A DNA stretch of 24,000 bases from Candidatus Aenigmatarchaeota archaeon. GTDB taxonomy: Archaea; Aenigmatarchaeota; Aenigmatarchaeia; GW2011-AR5. Made by a program: the position numbers and the translations under genes. This document shows, one piece after another, positions 1 to 6,274 of the stretch. Under the pieces are notes generated by a model, which had not been told where the DNA came from, made no database searches, and worked only from the letters and a program-made list of their open reading frames with translations. The stretch covers positions 1-24,000 of the forward strand of contig JAGVVY010000020.1 in NCBI GenBank assembly GCA_018304585.1. The letters run 5' to 3'. The first letter of the stretch is position 1, and each line of letters starts with the position of its first letter.

Positions 1-1971
1 CACTATGCCGCCTGTTTCCAGCGCCACGTCGGTTCCCGAGCCTATCGCTATTCCTATGTCGGCCTGTGCAAGAGCGGGGGCGTCGTTTATCCCGTCCCCC
101 ACCATCGCTACCTTATGGCCCTCGCTCTGCAGCTTCTTTATCCTTGACGCTTTATCCCCCGGAAGCACGCCGGCCATGACTTCATCAATGCCAAGCTCCT
201 GCGCCACCGCACGGGCCGTACGCTCGTTGTCGCCTGTCATCATCATGACGCGCTTTCCCATTTTTTTAAGCTCCGCCACGGCCTTCGCAGAATTTTCTTT
301 CACGGTATCCGCGACCGCTATAAGTCCAGCCGCTTCCGCGTTTTTGGCAATTATTATGACGGTCTTTCCCTGCCGTTCCAGCAACATTATATCCTTCTCG
401 CGCTTCGCAATTTTTACCCCATTGCCCTTCATGAATCCTGCATTCCCTGCCAAAACCCTGTCTTTTGCTATCCGTGCCGAAACGCCTTTCCCGGAATGCG
501 CAAAAAATCCCCTGACGGGCTTCGGCTTTATCCTTCTTTTGCGCGCCTCGTTCATTACGGCCTCTGCCAGCGGGTGCTCGGATGCGGCCTCTACCGACGC
601 CGCCAAAGAAACGACTTGATCATCACTTACTGCATAAGAAATAATATCCGTAACCTCCGGCTTCCCCTTGGTCAGCGTCCCGGTCTTGTCCATCACTATC
701 ACGCCAGCCTTGTGAGCTGTTTCCAGGGCCTCGCCCCCCTTGATAAGTATTCCGTTCTCGGCCCCGAGGCCCGTGCCGACCATGATCGCAGTAGGCGTTG
801 CCAGACCCAGTGCACAGGGGCATGCTATTATGAGCACAGACACCAAAGACGTGAAAGCAAACGCGAATCCTATTGAAGGGTACCAGAACGCAAAAGCCCC
901 GAGCGCGATTACGATGACGGCAGGAACAAAATAAGAAGAAACCGCGTCTGCCAGCCTCTGGATAGGCGCCTTCGACCCCTGCGCTTCCTCGACAAGGCGC
1001 ACTATCTGAGATAGCATAGTGTCTGTGCCTACTTTTGTCGCCCTGAAACGAAATGAGCCGAACTTGTTTATCGTGGCTCCTATTACAGTATCCCCCTTCT
1101 TCTTTCCGGCCGGCATGCTTTCGCCTGTTATCATGGACTCGTCAACGCTGCTCTCGCCTGACAGCAAGACTCCGTCCACCGGTATCTTTTCGCCCGGCTT
1201 CACCATCACAACGTCGCCGGCTTTGACGTCGCCGACGTCAATGCTTATTTCTTTTCCTTTCCTAATGACTGTAGCGGTCTTGGTCTGGAGGCTCATCAGT
1301 TTTTTTATAGCATCCGATGCGCGGCCTTTTGCTATAGCCTCCAGATACCTGCCAAGAAGTATCAGCGTCGTTATCACGGCGGCGGTATCAAAATACATGC
1401 TGCCTTCAATGCCCAGCAGAACTACGGAAGCGCTGTAGAAATAAGCAACGCTTGTTCCCAGTGCTATAAGCGTGTTCATGTCGGCGCTCCTGTTGCGAAG
1501 CGCCGTCCACGCGCCTGCATAAAAATCACGGCCGACCCAGAACTGGACTACGGTGGCCAGCGCCAGAAGAATGCCGGGCACGGAAAGCCATGCCGCGTAA
1601 AACCATTCGGGAAAGCTGCCTATGAATATGGCGCCCGAAAGCACAGAGCCAACATAAAGTTTTTTTCTGAGCACGAACAAATCCTGTTTCTTTATCTCTT
1701 CCATGTGCCCGGCATGGCCTGCGTCGCCTCCATGCGCGCCGTGAATCGCGGCCTTGTAGCCTGTCCTGTTTATTGCATCGGCTATCGCATTTTCGCTCGT
1801 TCTTGACGGGTCAAAGCTCACGACGGCCTTTTCCGTTGCGTAGTTGACCCGCGCCGAAATTATGCCGGCTTCTTTCTTCAGCTTCTTTTCTATGGTATTT
1901 GCACACGTTGCGCAGTGCATCCCGGAAATCCCGATAATGCACGTTTTATTCCCGCCTTTAATGGGTTTCAT
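1..1971 (-). CDS. copA: Copper-translocating P1B-type ATPase (CopA-like); 3' end runs off the window start
   Basis: Absent from the ORF track because it stays open to position 1. My minus-strand translation from ATG 1971..1969 gives [31 protein letters not shown] (HMA GMxCxxC domain). It continues with a His-rich linker [28 protein letters not shown] (CPC motif, ~781-837), [15 protein letters not shown] (phosphorylation site, ~661-705) and [10 protein letters not shown]...[30 protein letters not shown] (1-260). The + strand ORFs 5..619, 496..876 and 1019..1438 are low-complexity shadows. Confidence 0.95.
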   Translation of the reverse strand, partial: MKPIKGGNKTCIIGISGMHCATCANTIEKKLKKEAGIISARVNYATEKAVVSFDPSRTSENAIADAINRTGYKAAIHGAHGGDAGHAGHMEEIKKQDLFVLRKKLYVGSVLSGAIFIGSFPEWFYAAWLSVPGILLALATVVQFWVGRDFYAGAWTALRNRSADMNTLIALGTSVAYFYSASVVLLGIEGSMYFDTAAVITTLILLGRYLEAIAKGRASDAIKKLMSLQTKTATVIRKGKEISIDVGDVKAGDVVMVKPGEKIPVDGVLLSGESSVDESMITGESMPAGKKKGDTVIGATINKFGSFRFRATKVGTDTMLSQIVRLVEEAQGSKAPIQRLADAVSSYFVPAVIVIALGAFAFWYPSIGFAFAFTSLVSVLIIACPCALGLATPTAIMVGTGLGAENGILIKGGEALETAHKAGVIVMDKTGTLTKGKPEVTDIISYAVSDDQVVSLAASVEAASEHPLAEAVMNEARKRRIKPKPVRGFFAHSGKGVSARIAKDRVLAGNAGFMKGNGVKIAKREKDIMLLERQGKTVIIIAKNAEAAGLIAVADTVKENSAKAVAELKKMGKRVMMMTGDNERTARAVAQELGIDEVMAGVLPGDKASRIKKLQSEGHKVAMVGDGINDAPALAQADIGIAIGSGTDVALETGGIV

Positions 1972-1996
1972 CTGCTTCGCCGCCGCGCAATGATCT

Positions 1997-2233
1997 TTAT
2001 CGCTTTTCCTGCATATTATATGCAAGTGCAAAGAAGTAACCCAAGCCGTAAGCGGCTGCAACGCTGCCCGCCAGTCCCAGTGCAAGCATAAGAGGGCTTG
2101 TCCAGAATCCGGGATAAAGTATGTCCATGACCGAAGGCTGCCCCATCAGCCCGTGCCATATGTATCCTGCTACGTCAACGACCGCTACGGTTGCCGACGA
2201 TGCAATTCCCAATGCCTGCGGTTTCAATGTCAT
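1997..2233 (-). CDS. Small two-TM membrane protein, first gene of the copA transcription unit (unknown function)
   Basis: 78-aa ORF with two hydrophobic segments ([20 protein letters not shown]; [25 protein letters not shown]). It ends 25 nt upstream of the copA ATG on the same strand. No family recognised. Confidence 0.5.
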   Translation of the reverse strand: MTLKPQALGIASSATVAVVDVAGYIWHGLMGQPSVMDILYPGFWTSPLMLALGLAGSVAAAYGLGYFFALAYNMQEKR

Positions 2234-2248
2234 GCTATCGCCTTATAC

Positions 2249-2265
2249 ATATCTGAATTAGATAT
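2249..2265. promoter_or_regulatory. Inverted repeat ATATCTgaattAGATAT in the divergent cop promoter region (candidate operator)
   Basis: 6+6 bp perfect inverted repeat with a 5-bp spacer, read directly. It overlaps the AT-rich box (AGATATAT on the minus strand, ~2262-2269) expected for the 1997..2233/copA unit. It lies 17 bp upstream of the regulator's TATTTAAG box (2282-2289). Confidence 0.4.
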
Positions 2266-2311
2266 ATCTATTGATGACAACTATTTAAGTCTTTTCCATT
2301 CGATTATTGCC

Positions 2312-2728
2312 ATGCAAGCCCGTTCAAGCATGATAAAATATTTCATACTCCGGCATCTCGGCAGAAAGCGGATGACGGGCTATGAACTGCTTGCAGAAAT
2401 AGGAAATATTACAGGAAAACAGCCGAGCACAAGCCAGATATATCCCGTCCTGAACGGCATGGAAAAATCCGGCTACCTTGCGTCAAAAACGGGATTCTAC
2501 GGCAAGAGAAAATCGAAGTCCTACAGCCTCACTGCTTCGGGAAAGTCCCTTTCTTCGGCGATAGAAAAACATTTTGAATCCATAGTAAGGGCGATAATAA
2601 GCGATAAAATAAGGGTATGCGCCCACTGCAATTGCGAGATACTGAAAGGCCACTACAGCAAGGTCATATGCGGCAGGAAACTTGACTTTTGCTGCAGCGC
2701 GTGCGCCGCGTCGTTCGCGCAAAAATGA
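2312..2728 (+). CDS. PadR-family winged-HTH regulator with C-terminal TRASH-type Cys4 metal-binding module
   Basis: The track ORF 2153..2728 overlaps the minus-strand membrane ORF at its 5' end. I start at ATG 2312 because TATTTAAG (2282-2289) lies 22 nt upstream; ATG 2330 is an alternative. PadR-like core: MTGYELLAEI...SQIYPVLNGMEKSGYL...KSYSLTASG. C-terminus CAHC-x20-CCSAC equals C-x2-C-x20-C-x3-C, which fits the TRASH consensus. Confidence 0.8.
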   Translation: MQARSSMIKYFILRHLGRKRMTGYELLAEIGNITGKQPSTSQIYPVLNGMEKSGYLASKTGFYGKRKSKSYSLTASGKSLSSAIEKHFESIVRAIISDKIRVCAHCNCEILKGHYSKVICGRKLDFCCSACAASFAQK

Positions 2729-2823
2729 ATATCCCGATTCAAAAGCTCATGCGGCAGAAGCTGCCTTGTTCATTATTCTTACTTCGTCTATCATGCCGTT
2801 GAAATAATGCTTATTCCCTCCGC

Positions 2824-3063
2824 TTGACGGCGCTCTCGTGCCTATCCTTGTTGAATCTATTCCTGCACCTTCAAAAGTCTCCTGCGGCGCGGGCAGTATG
2901 GGAGGATATTACGCCACTCGCGCGCAATGAGTGGATTTGTTGGGTTACGTCTGGCAAAAAAGAGGAGACGAAGAGTATTCGCATCAAGAAGGCTCTCTCG
3001 AAGCTTAAAGGCGGAATGCGAAGGCCTTGCTGTTGGGTAGGTTGCCCTCATCGCTCCAAATAA
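2824..3063 (+). CDS. YdeI/OmpD-associated-family-like small protein
   Basis: WEDITPLARNEWICWVTSGKKEETKSIRIKKALSKLKGGMRRPCCWVGCPHR matches my memory of the short family with TPxARNEfICWv...AKkxETRxxRI...GkRRPCCWxGCxHR. The only in-frame starts are TTG codons (2824, 2848/2851), so the N-terminus is uncertain and the gene may be 5'-eroded. Confidence 0.55.
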   Translation: MTALSCLSLLNLFLHLQKSPAARAVWEDITPLARNEWICWVTSGKKEETKSIRIKKALSKLKGGMRRPCCWVGCPHRSK

Positions 3064-3250
3064 TCTGAATCGGCGCACGGCGTCAGTTGCTTCAATGGAA
3101 GATTTGGTAAAGCAATATGGTGATTATCTTAAGCTTTTTGACGCAAGAATGACTGATCGCCTGATTATCATGGATTGGTCGGCGACATGATTTCAAATCT
3201 CTCTGAGAGATATAATATTTTCAATATTTTTCTTTGGGATAAACCTTGGA

Positions 3251-3273
3251 CTTTTCTTTTTCTAAAAGAAAAG
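3251..3273 (-). terminator. T-rich hairpin immediately 3' of tRNA-Ala
   Basis: CTTTTCTTTT (3251-3260) and AAAAGAAAAG (3264-3273) form a perfect 10-bp inverted repeat with a 3-nt loop. On the minus strand it reads CCTTTTCTTTTAGAAAAAGAAAAG starting 8 nt after the tRNA 3' end. Oligo-T tracts are archaeal termination signals. Confidence 0.45.
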
Positions 3274-3281
3274 GATTGGGA

Positions 3282-3394
3282 TGGACTGGTCGGGATTTGA
3301 ACCCGAAGCCTCTACCTCTCATCGAAGTTTTTGATTAAGCTTTTTACCAAAAAGCTTATGCGAAGGTAGCGATCTTCCGTTGATCTACCAGCCC
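3282..3394 (-). tRNA. tRNA-Ala (anticodon CGC) with a 41-nt intron after position 37
   Basis: Hand-folded from the reverse complement. Acceptor GGGCTGG/CCAGTCC with G3:U70 (3392:3285), the alanine identity pair. D arm GATC-AACGGAA-GATC. Anticodon stem CTACC/GGTAG. Loop TT-CGC-A (anticodon 3362..3360). Variable loop AGGCT. T arm TCGGG-TTCAAAT-CCCGA. Discriminator A at 3282. 113 nt minus 72 nt of mature sequence leaves a 41-nt insert (~3317-3358) holding a perfect 9-bp hairpin AAGCTTTTT/AAAAAGCTT. Confidence 0.9.
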
Positions 3395-3420
3395 GTGCGT
3401 ATATTTACATCATACAGCAA

Positions 3421-3428
3421 ACTTTAAT
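3421..3428. promoter_or_regulatory. Shared bidirectional TATA-like box (ACTTTAAT / ATTAAAGT) for HIT gene and tRNA-Ala
   Basis: 22 nt upstream of ATG 3451 on the + strand and 26 nt upstream of the tRNA-Ala 5' end on the - strand. The spacing matches the other N21-22 boxes in this window. Confidence 0.4.
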
Positions 3429-3450
3429 GCTCTTTACGCCAATTAAAAAT

Positions 3451-3942
3451 ATGAAAAGGTTGTGGGCGCCGTGGAGGCTGGAGTATGTCAAGAACGCATT
3501 CAAGAAGCAGAAGTGCATTTTCTGCCATCTGCCCGGGAAAAAACAGGATGAAAAGAACTATATTCTATACAGAGGCGAGAATGTCTTCGTGATGCTTAAC
3601 GCGTATCCGTACTCGCCGGGGCACATCATGGTCTCCCCCTACCGCCACGTCGACCGCATAGCGCGCATGAGCGAAGAGGAACGCACCGAGATGACAGGCA
3701 TTGCGGCAAAATTCTCCATCATACTGGAAAAGGCGGTGAATGCCGAGGGCTTCAACATGGGCATCAATCAGGGCAGGCCTGCAGGGGCAGGATTTGACAA
3801 GCACGTCCATATGCATGTGGTGCCGCGCTGGAAGCACGACGTCAATTTCATGGTTCCGGTTGCCGGAACAAAGGTAATGCCCGAGATGCTGGAACAGACT
3901 TACGCAAAGATAAAGGCTGCCATGAAGTCAATGCCATTATAA
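3451..3942 (+). CDS. HIT-family nucleotide hydrolase/transferase
   Basis: Histidine triad HVHMHVVPR. N-terminus MKRLWAPWRLEYV is typical of the xLWAPWRxEY HIT subfamily. The track ORF begins at ATG 3427; I prefer ATG 3451 from the family N-terminus and the TATA spacing. Confidence 0.9.
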   Translation: MKRLWAPWRLEYVKNAFKKQKCIFCHLPGKKQDEKNYILYRGENVFVMLNAYPYSPGHIMVSPYRHVDRIARMSEEERTEMTGIAAKFSIILEKAVNAEGFNMGINQGRPAGAGFDKHVHMHVVPRWKHDVNFMVPVAGTKVMPEMLEQTYAKIKAAMKSMPL

Positions 3943-3998
3943 ATAAGGATATAGTTGATTCCTTGGTTTTAGCAACGTCGCGGACTTATATAGAAATA

Positions 3999-4114
3999 AG
4001 CTAACGAGGCTTTGCACCTAAAGTCCAAAATCGGTCAACCGGTTGTATTTTGACCTTCTAAAATCACAACATCTTGTGTTCATTGGCTACTTTTCGTGCA
4101 AAGCCAGCTAACGA
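3999..4114. mobile_element. MITE-like non-autonomous element: 98-bp body with terminal inverted repeats, flanked by a 9-bp direct repeat
   Basis: AGCTAACGA (3999-4007) + GGCTTTGCAC (4008-4017) ... GTGCAAAGCC (4096-4105) + AGCTAACGA (4106-4114). The termini are perfect 10-bp inverted repeats, extending to 15/17 matches (GGCTTTGCACnnAAAGT). The flanks are identical 9-mers. No ORF inside; internal palindrome CAACCGGTTG (4036-4045). Located between the convergent 3' ends of the HIT and PurD-like genes. Confidence 0.55.
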
Positions 4115-4237
4115 CACTGCTGACGATGAAAACCGTGAGAAAATGGAGGGAACGCTGCCGAAACGGAAGAAACGCCAGAAAACATTTCAATTTTCCGGAT
4201 GCCGCCTGCATTTGGCTTTCCTTCTTATCTGAAGCCT

Positions 4238-5530
4238 TCAGGCTTCCCTCAAATAACCCCAGTTGTGCAACTTGTCGCTGTCCTCAAACCAGCGGTCGCC
4301 GATGTCTTTTCTATAGTACATGTTGGGTATCATGATGTTTTCAATCCTGTTGTATGCCTGAGCCTGAGCTTGTTTCATTGTCTGGCCGAGGCCTACGACT
4401 ATCAAAGCTACGCCCTTGATGCTTGTGACAAGCCACTCGTTGTTGAACTTCCTGATGTCTTCTATGTGTATGCCGACGAAATCCGGCTTCTTGAACATGA
4501 TGACGGCATCCTTGGAATACGTTTCAAAAAGCCTCTTGTCCTTGTACGGATAGGGCGGAACTACTATCCTGACGCCGACCTGAAAGCCGCTTCTTGCCTT
4601 GAACTTGGAAAGCGTTCCTTCCGCCATGCCGTGGAGGAATTCGCCCATAGGCATCAGAATGCCTTCCTGCTGTATGCTTATTGTGGGGTACCCGAAACGC
4701 GACGTGAATTCAAGCGGATAAATCCCGTTGTTGTTGACTATGCAGTTGATGTCTATGTATCCCACGTATTTTTCCCGCCTCAGTACAGATTCCATTTTTT
4801 TCAGCGTTGCCGAGAATATCCTGTTCGGCTCGCTAAAAAACATCGATGTTCCCATCTCGCCTGTCGATGGCCCTATATTGCCCGGGAAGAGTTTCTTGTG
4901 CTCGAAATTGACGTTTATGGGCTGCATGAATTCGTAACCGTTGAAGAACGCGCCAACTGCAACCTCAACTCCGTTTATCTTCCTCTGCAGCTGAAATTCC
5001 TTTATCCTGTTCGACCACGTGGCCTTGTAATCCTCAAGCATATGGATTATATCCTTGCCGTCCTCTTCCTCGCCGACAAAAAGCAGCTGCTTCACGTTCT
5101 GCGCCTCGCCGCTCGGCTTTATGACGTACTTGTTCGGGTTTTTCTTGACGTATTCTATGGCCTCGTCGAAAGAAGTGAAATTCTCCTGCGGTATGATCGG
5201 AACGCCGGCCTTCTTGAGCTCGTTCTGCCCGAAGCCCCGGTCGTCCTCAAGCTTGTCGGTATAAGGCGTCCCGCCGACCACAAGCTTGCCTTGCTGACGT
5301 AACTTTTGCGCTTTCTCGCCTTGCCCAAGAACATCATCAAAAACTATGACATCGGCCCATTCCACATCCTTTTCCCAGTCTTCCGTCTTCGGAACGAAAC
5401 CGTCGGCCACCGCCTTCTCGTCCTTGCTGTCTATGAAATATTTGACGTTGTGGCCTTCCTTGACGACCTGCCAGGCTACGTCGCTTATGAGCCCTTCCAG
5501 AGAAACAAACAGGAAATTTTTGGGTATCAT
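4238..5530 (-). CDS. PurD-like ATP-grasp enzyme (phosphoribosylamine--glycine ligase family, divergent)
   Basis: 430-aa ORF. ATP-grasp core ...KYVIKPSGEAQNVKQLLFV...FEHKKLFPGNIGPSTGEMGTSMFF resembles the PurD DHKRxxDGDxGPNTGGMG region. The N-terminus lacks the canonical PurD GSGGREHA motif. The + strand 367-aa ORF 4199..5302 is its shadow. Confidence 0.75.
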   Translation of the reverse strand: MIPKNFLFVSLEGLISDVAWQVVKEGHNVKYFIDSKDEKAVADGFVPKTEDWEKDVEWADVIVFDDVLGQGEKAQKLRQQGKLVVGGTPYTDKLEDDRGFGQNELKKAGVPIIPQENFTSFDEAIEYVKKNPNKYVIKPSGEAQNVKQLLFVGEEEDGKDIIHMLEDYKATWSNRIKEFQLQRKINGVEVAVGAFFNGYEFMQPINVNFEHKKLFPGNIGPSTGEMGTSMFFSEPNRIFSATLKKMESVLRREKYVGYIDINCIVNNNGIYPLEFTSRFGYPTISIQQEGILMPMGEFLHGMAEGTLSKFKARSGFQVGVRIVVPPYPYKDKRLFETYSKDAVIMFKKPDFVGIHIEDIRKFNNEWLVTSIKGVALIVVGLGQTMKQAQAQAYNRIENIMIPNMYYRKDIGDRWFEDSDKLHNWGYLREA

Positions 5531-5569
5531 GTAAACAATCTTGCCTTATTTAATTAGGGGTAAAATAAT

Positions 5570-6103
5570 TTATACTTTTCTATTCACGAACGCTATAATT
5601 CCCAAGACAACCTGTTCCGGAGTTTTGTCCGACGTATCAATGACAAAATCCGCCTCTTTTTCCTGAGAAAAGGTGTCAAAACCGTACAGCTTTCTGAACG
5701 TCTTTCTCTCAAGGCCGTCCTTCTCATTGACCGTTCTGGCGGCCGATTCAACGCTTATCCCGTCCCTTTTGGCGTATCTTTCCGCTCTTTTTGCCGGGGA
5801 CGCCTTGAGCCATATCTTTGCGCCGGCTATTTCCTTGAGGAAATGAATAGCCAGCTTGCCGTCTATGACAATGTCGCCTTTTTTCGCCTTTTCTACCATG
5901 AGCCTGTCTATGGCTTCGTGAAAGTCCTTTGAGGAGCCTTTTTCGCTTCCGAGGAACTCCACCGCTTCCTGCGTCTTGCCTTTCGAGAAGCTCTTGAAAT
6001 ATTCGCCGGCGGAAAAGAACTGCAAACCAAGCTTTTTGGCAAGAAGCCTTCCGGTTGTCGTGGACCCGCAGCCCGGCTGGCCCGAAATCGCTATGACGGT
6101 CAT
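5570..6103 (-). CDS. cmk: Archaeal-type cytidylate (CMP) kinase
   Basis: MTVIAISGQPGCGSTTTGRLLAKKLGL (P-loop) ... IWLKASPAKRAERYAKRDGISVESA... matches archaeal CMK. The track ORF starts at TTG 6178. I use ATG 6103, which has TATTTATT (6126-6133, minus) exactly 22 nt upstream. Confidence 0.85.
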   Translation of the reverse strand: MTVIAISGQPGCGSTTTGRLLAKKLGLQFFSAGEYFKSFSKGKTQEAVEFLGSEKGSSKDFHEAIDRLMVEKAKKGDIVIDGKLAIHFLKEIAGAKIWLKASPAKRAERYAKRDGISVESAARTVNEKDGLERKTFRKLYGFDTFSQEKEADFVIDTSDKTPEQVVLGIIAFVNRKV

Positions 6104-6125
6104 GTAATCATCATTAGACGCGTAA

Positions 6126-6133
6126 AATAAATA
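6126..6133 (-). promoter_or_regulatory. TATA box (TATTTATT) for cmk, 22 nt upstream of its ATG
   Basis: Read from the reverse complement of 6104-6140: GCTATTTATTTTACGCGTCTAATGATGATTAC-ATG. Confidence 0.45.
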
Positions 6134-6274
6134 GCTCACGGGCGTCCGGAACAAGCCATTTATAAGTTTAATCCACAAAATAGCTTCATGATATGCGGTT
6201 CCGCAAATCTCATTTTCAGGTAACTTTCTCGGTTATATTTAGCCGCACGTCTTAATAATCAAAGTTGATGCTTC

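Noticed and set aside
5-1438. Plus-strand ORFs 5..619 (204 aa), 496..876, 740..934 and 1019..1438
   Set aside because: Their products are Ala/Ser/Pro-rich and low in complexity. They lie antisense to a motif-perfect CopA reading frame, so they are shadow ORFs.
3095-3190. 31-codon ATG ORF (MEDLVKQYGDYLKLFDARMTDRLIIMDWSAT) in the YdeI-like/tRNA-Ala spacer
   Set aside because: It is too short, has no promoter or SD signal and no recognisable family. I cannot tell it apart from chance.
3197-3211. 15-bp palindrome ATCTCTCTGAGAGAT in the spacer downstream of tRNA-Ala
   Set aside because: It is real in the sequence but isolated and AT/CT-simple, with no associated gene or repeat copy. It is most simply part of a convergent termination region.
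4115-4237. Possible C/D-box sRNA in the HIT/PurD-like spacer (CTGA and GATGA strings around 4121-4133)
   Set aside because: There is no proper RUGAUGA C box, no paired C'/D' arrangement, and no terminal stem on either strand.
4199-5302. 367-aa plus-strand ORF opposite the PurD-like gene
   Set aside because: It has no recognisable motif and a Leu/Val/Arg-rich composition typical of an antisense frame. The minus-strand frame carries the ATP-grasp signature.
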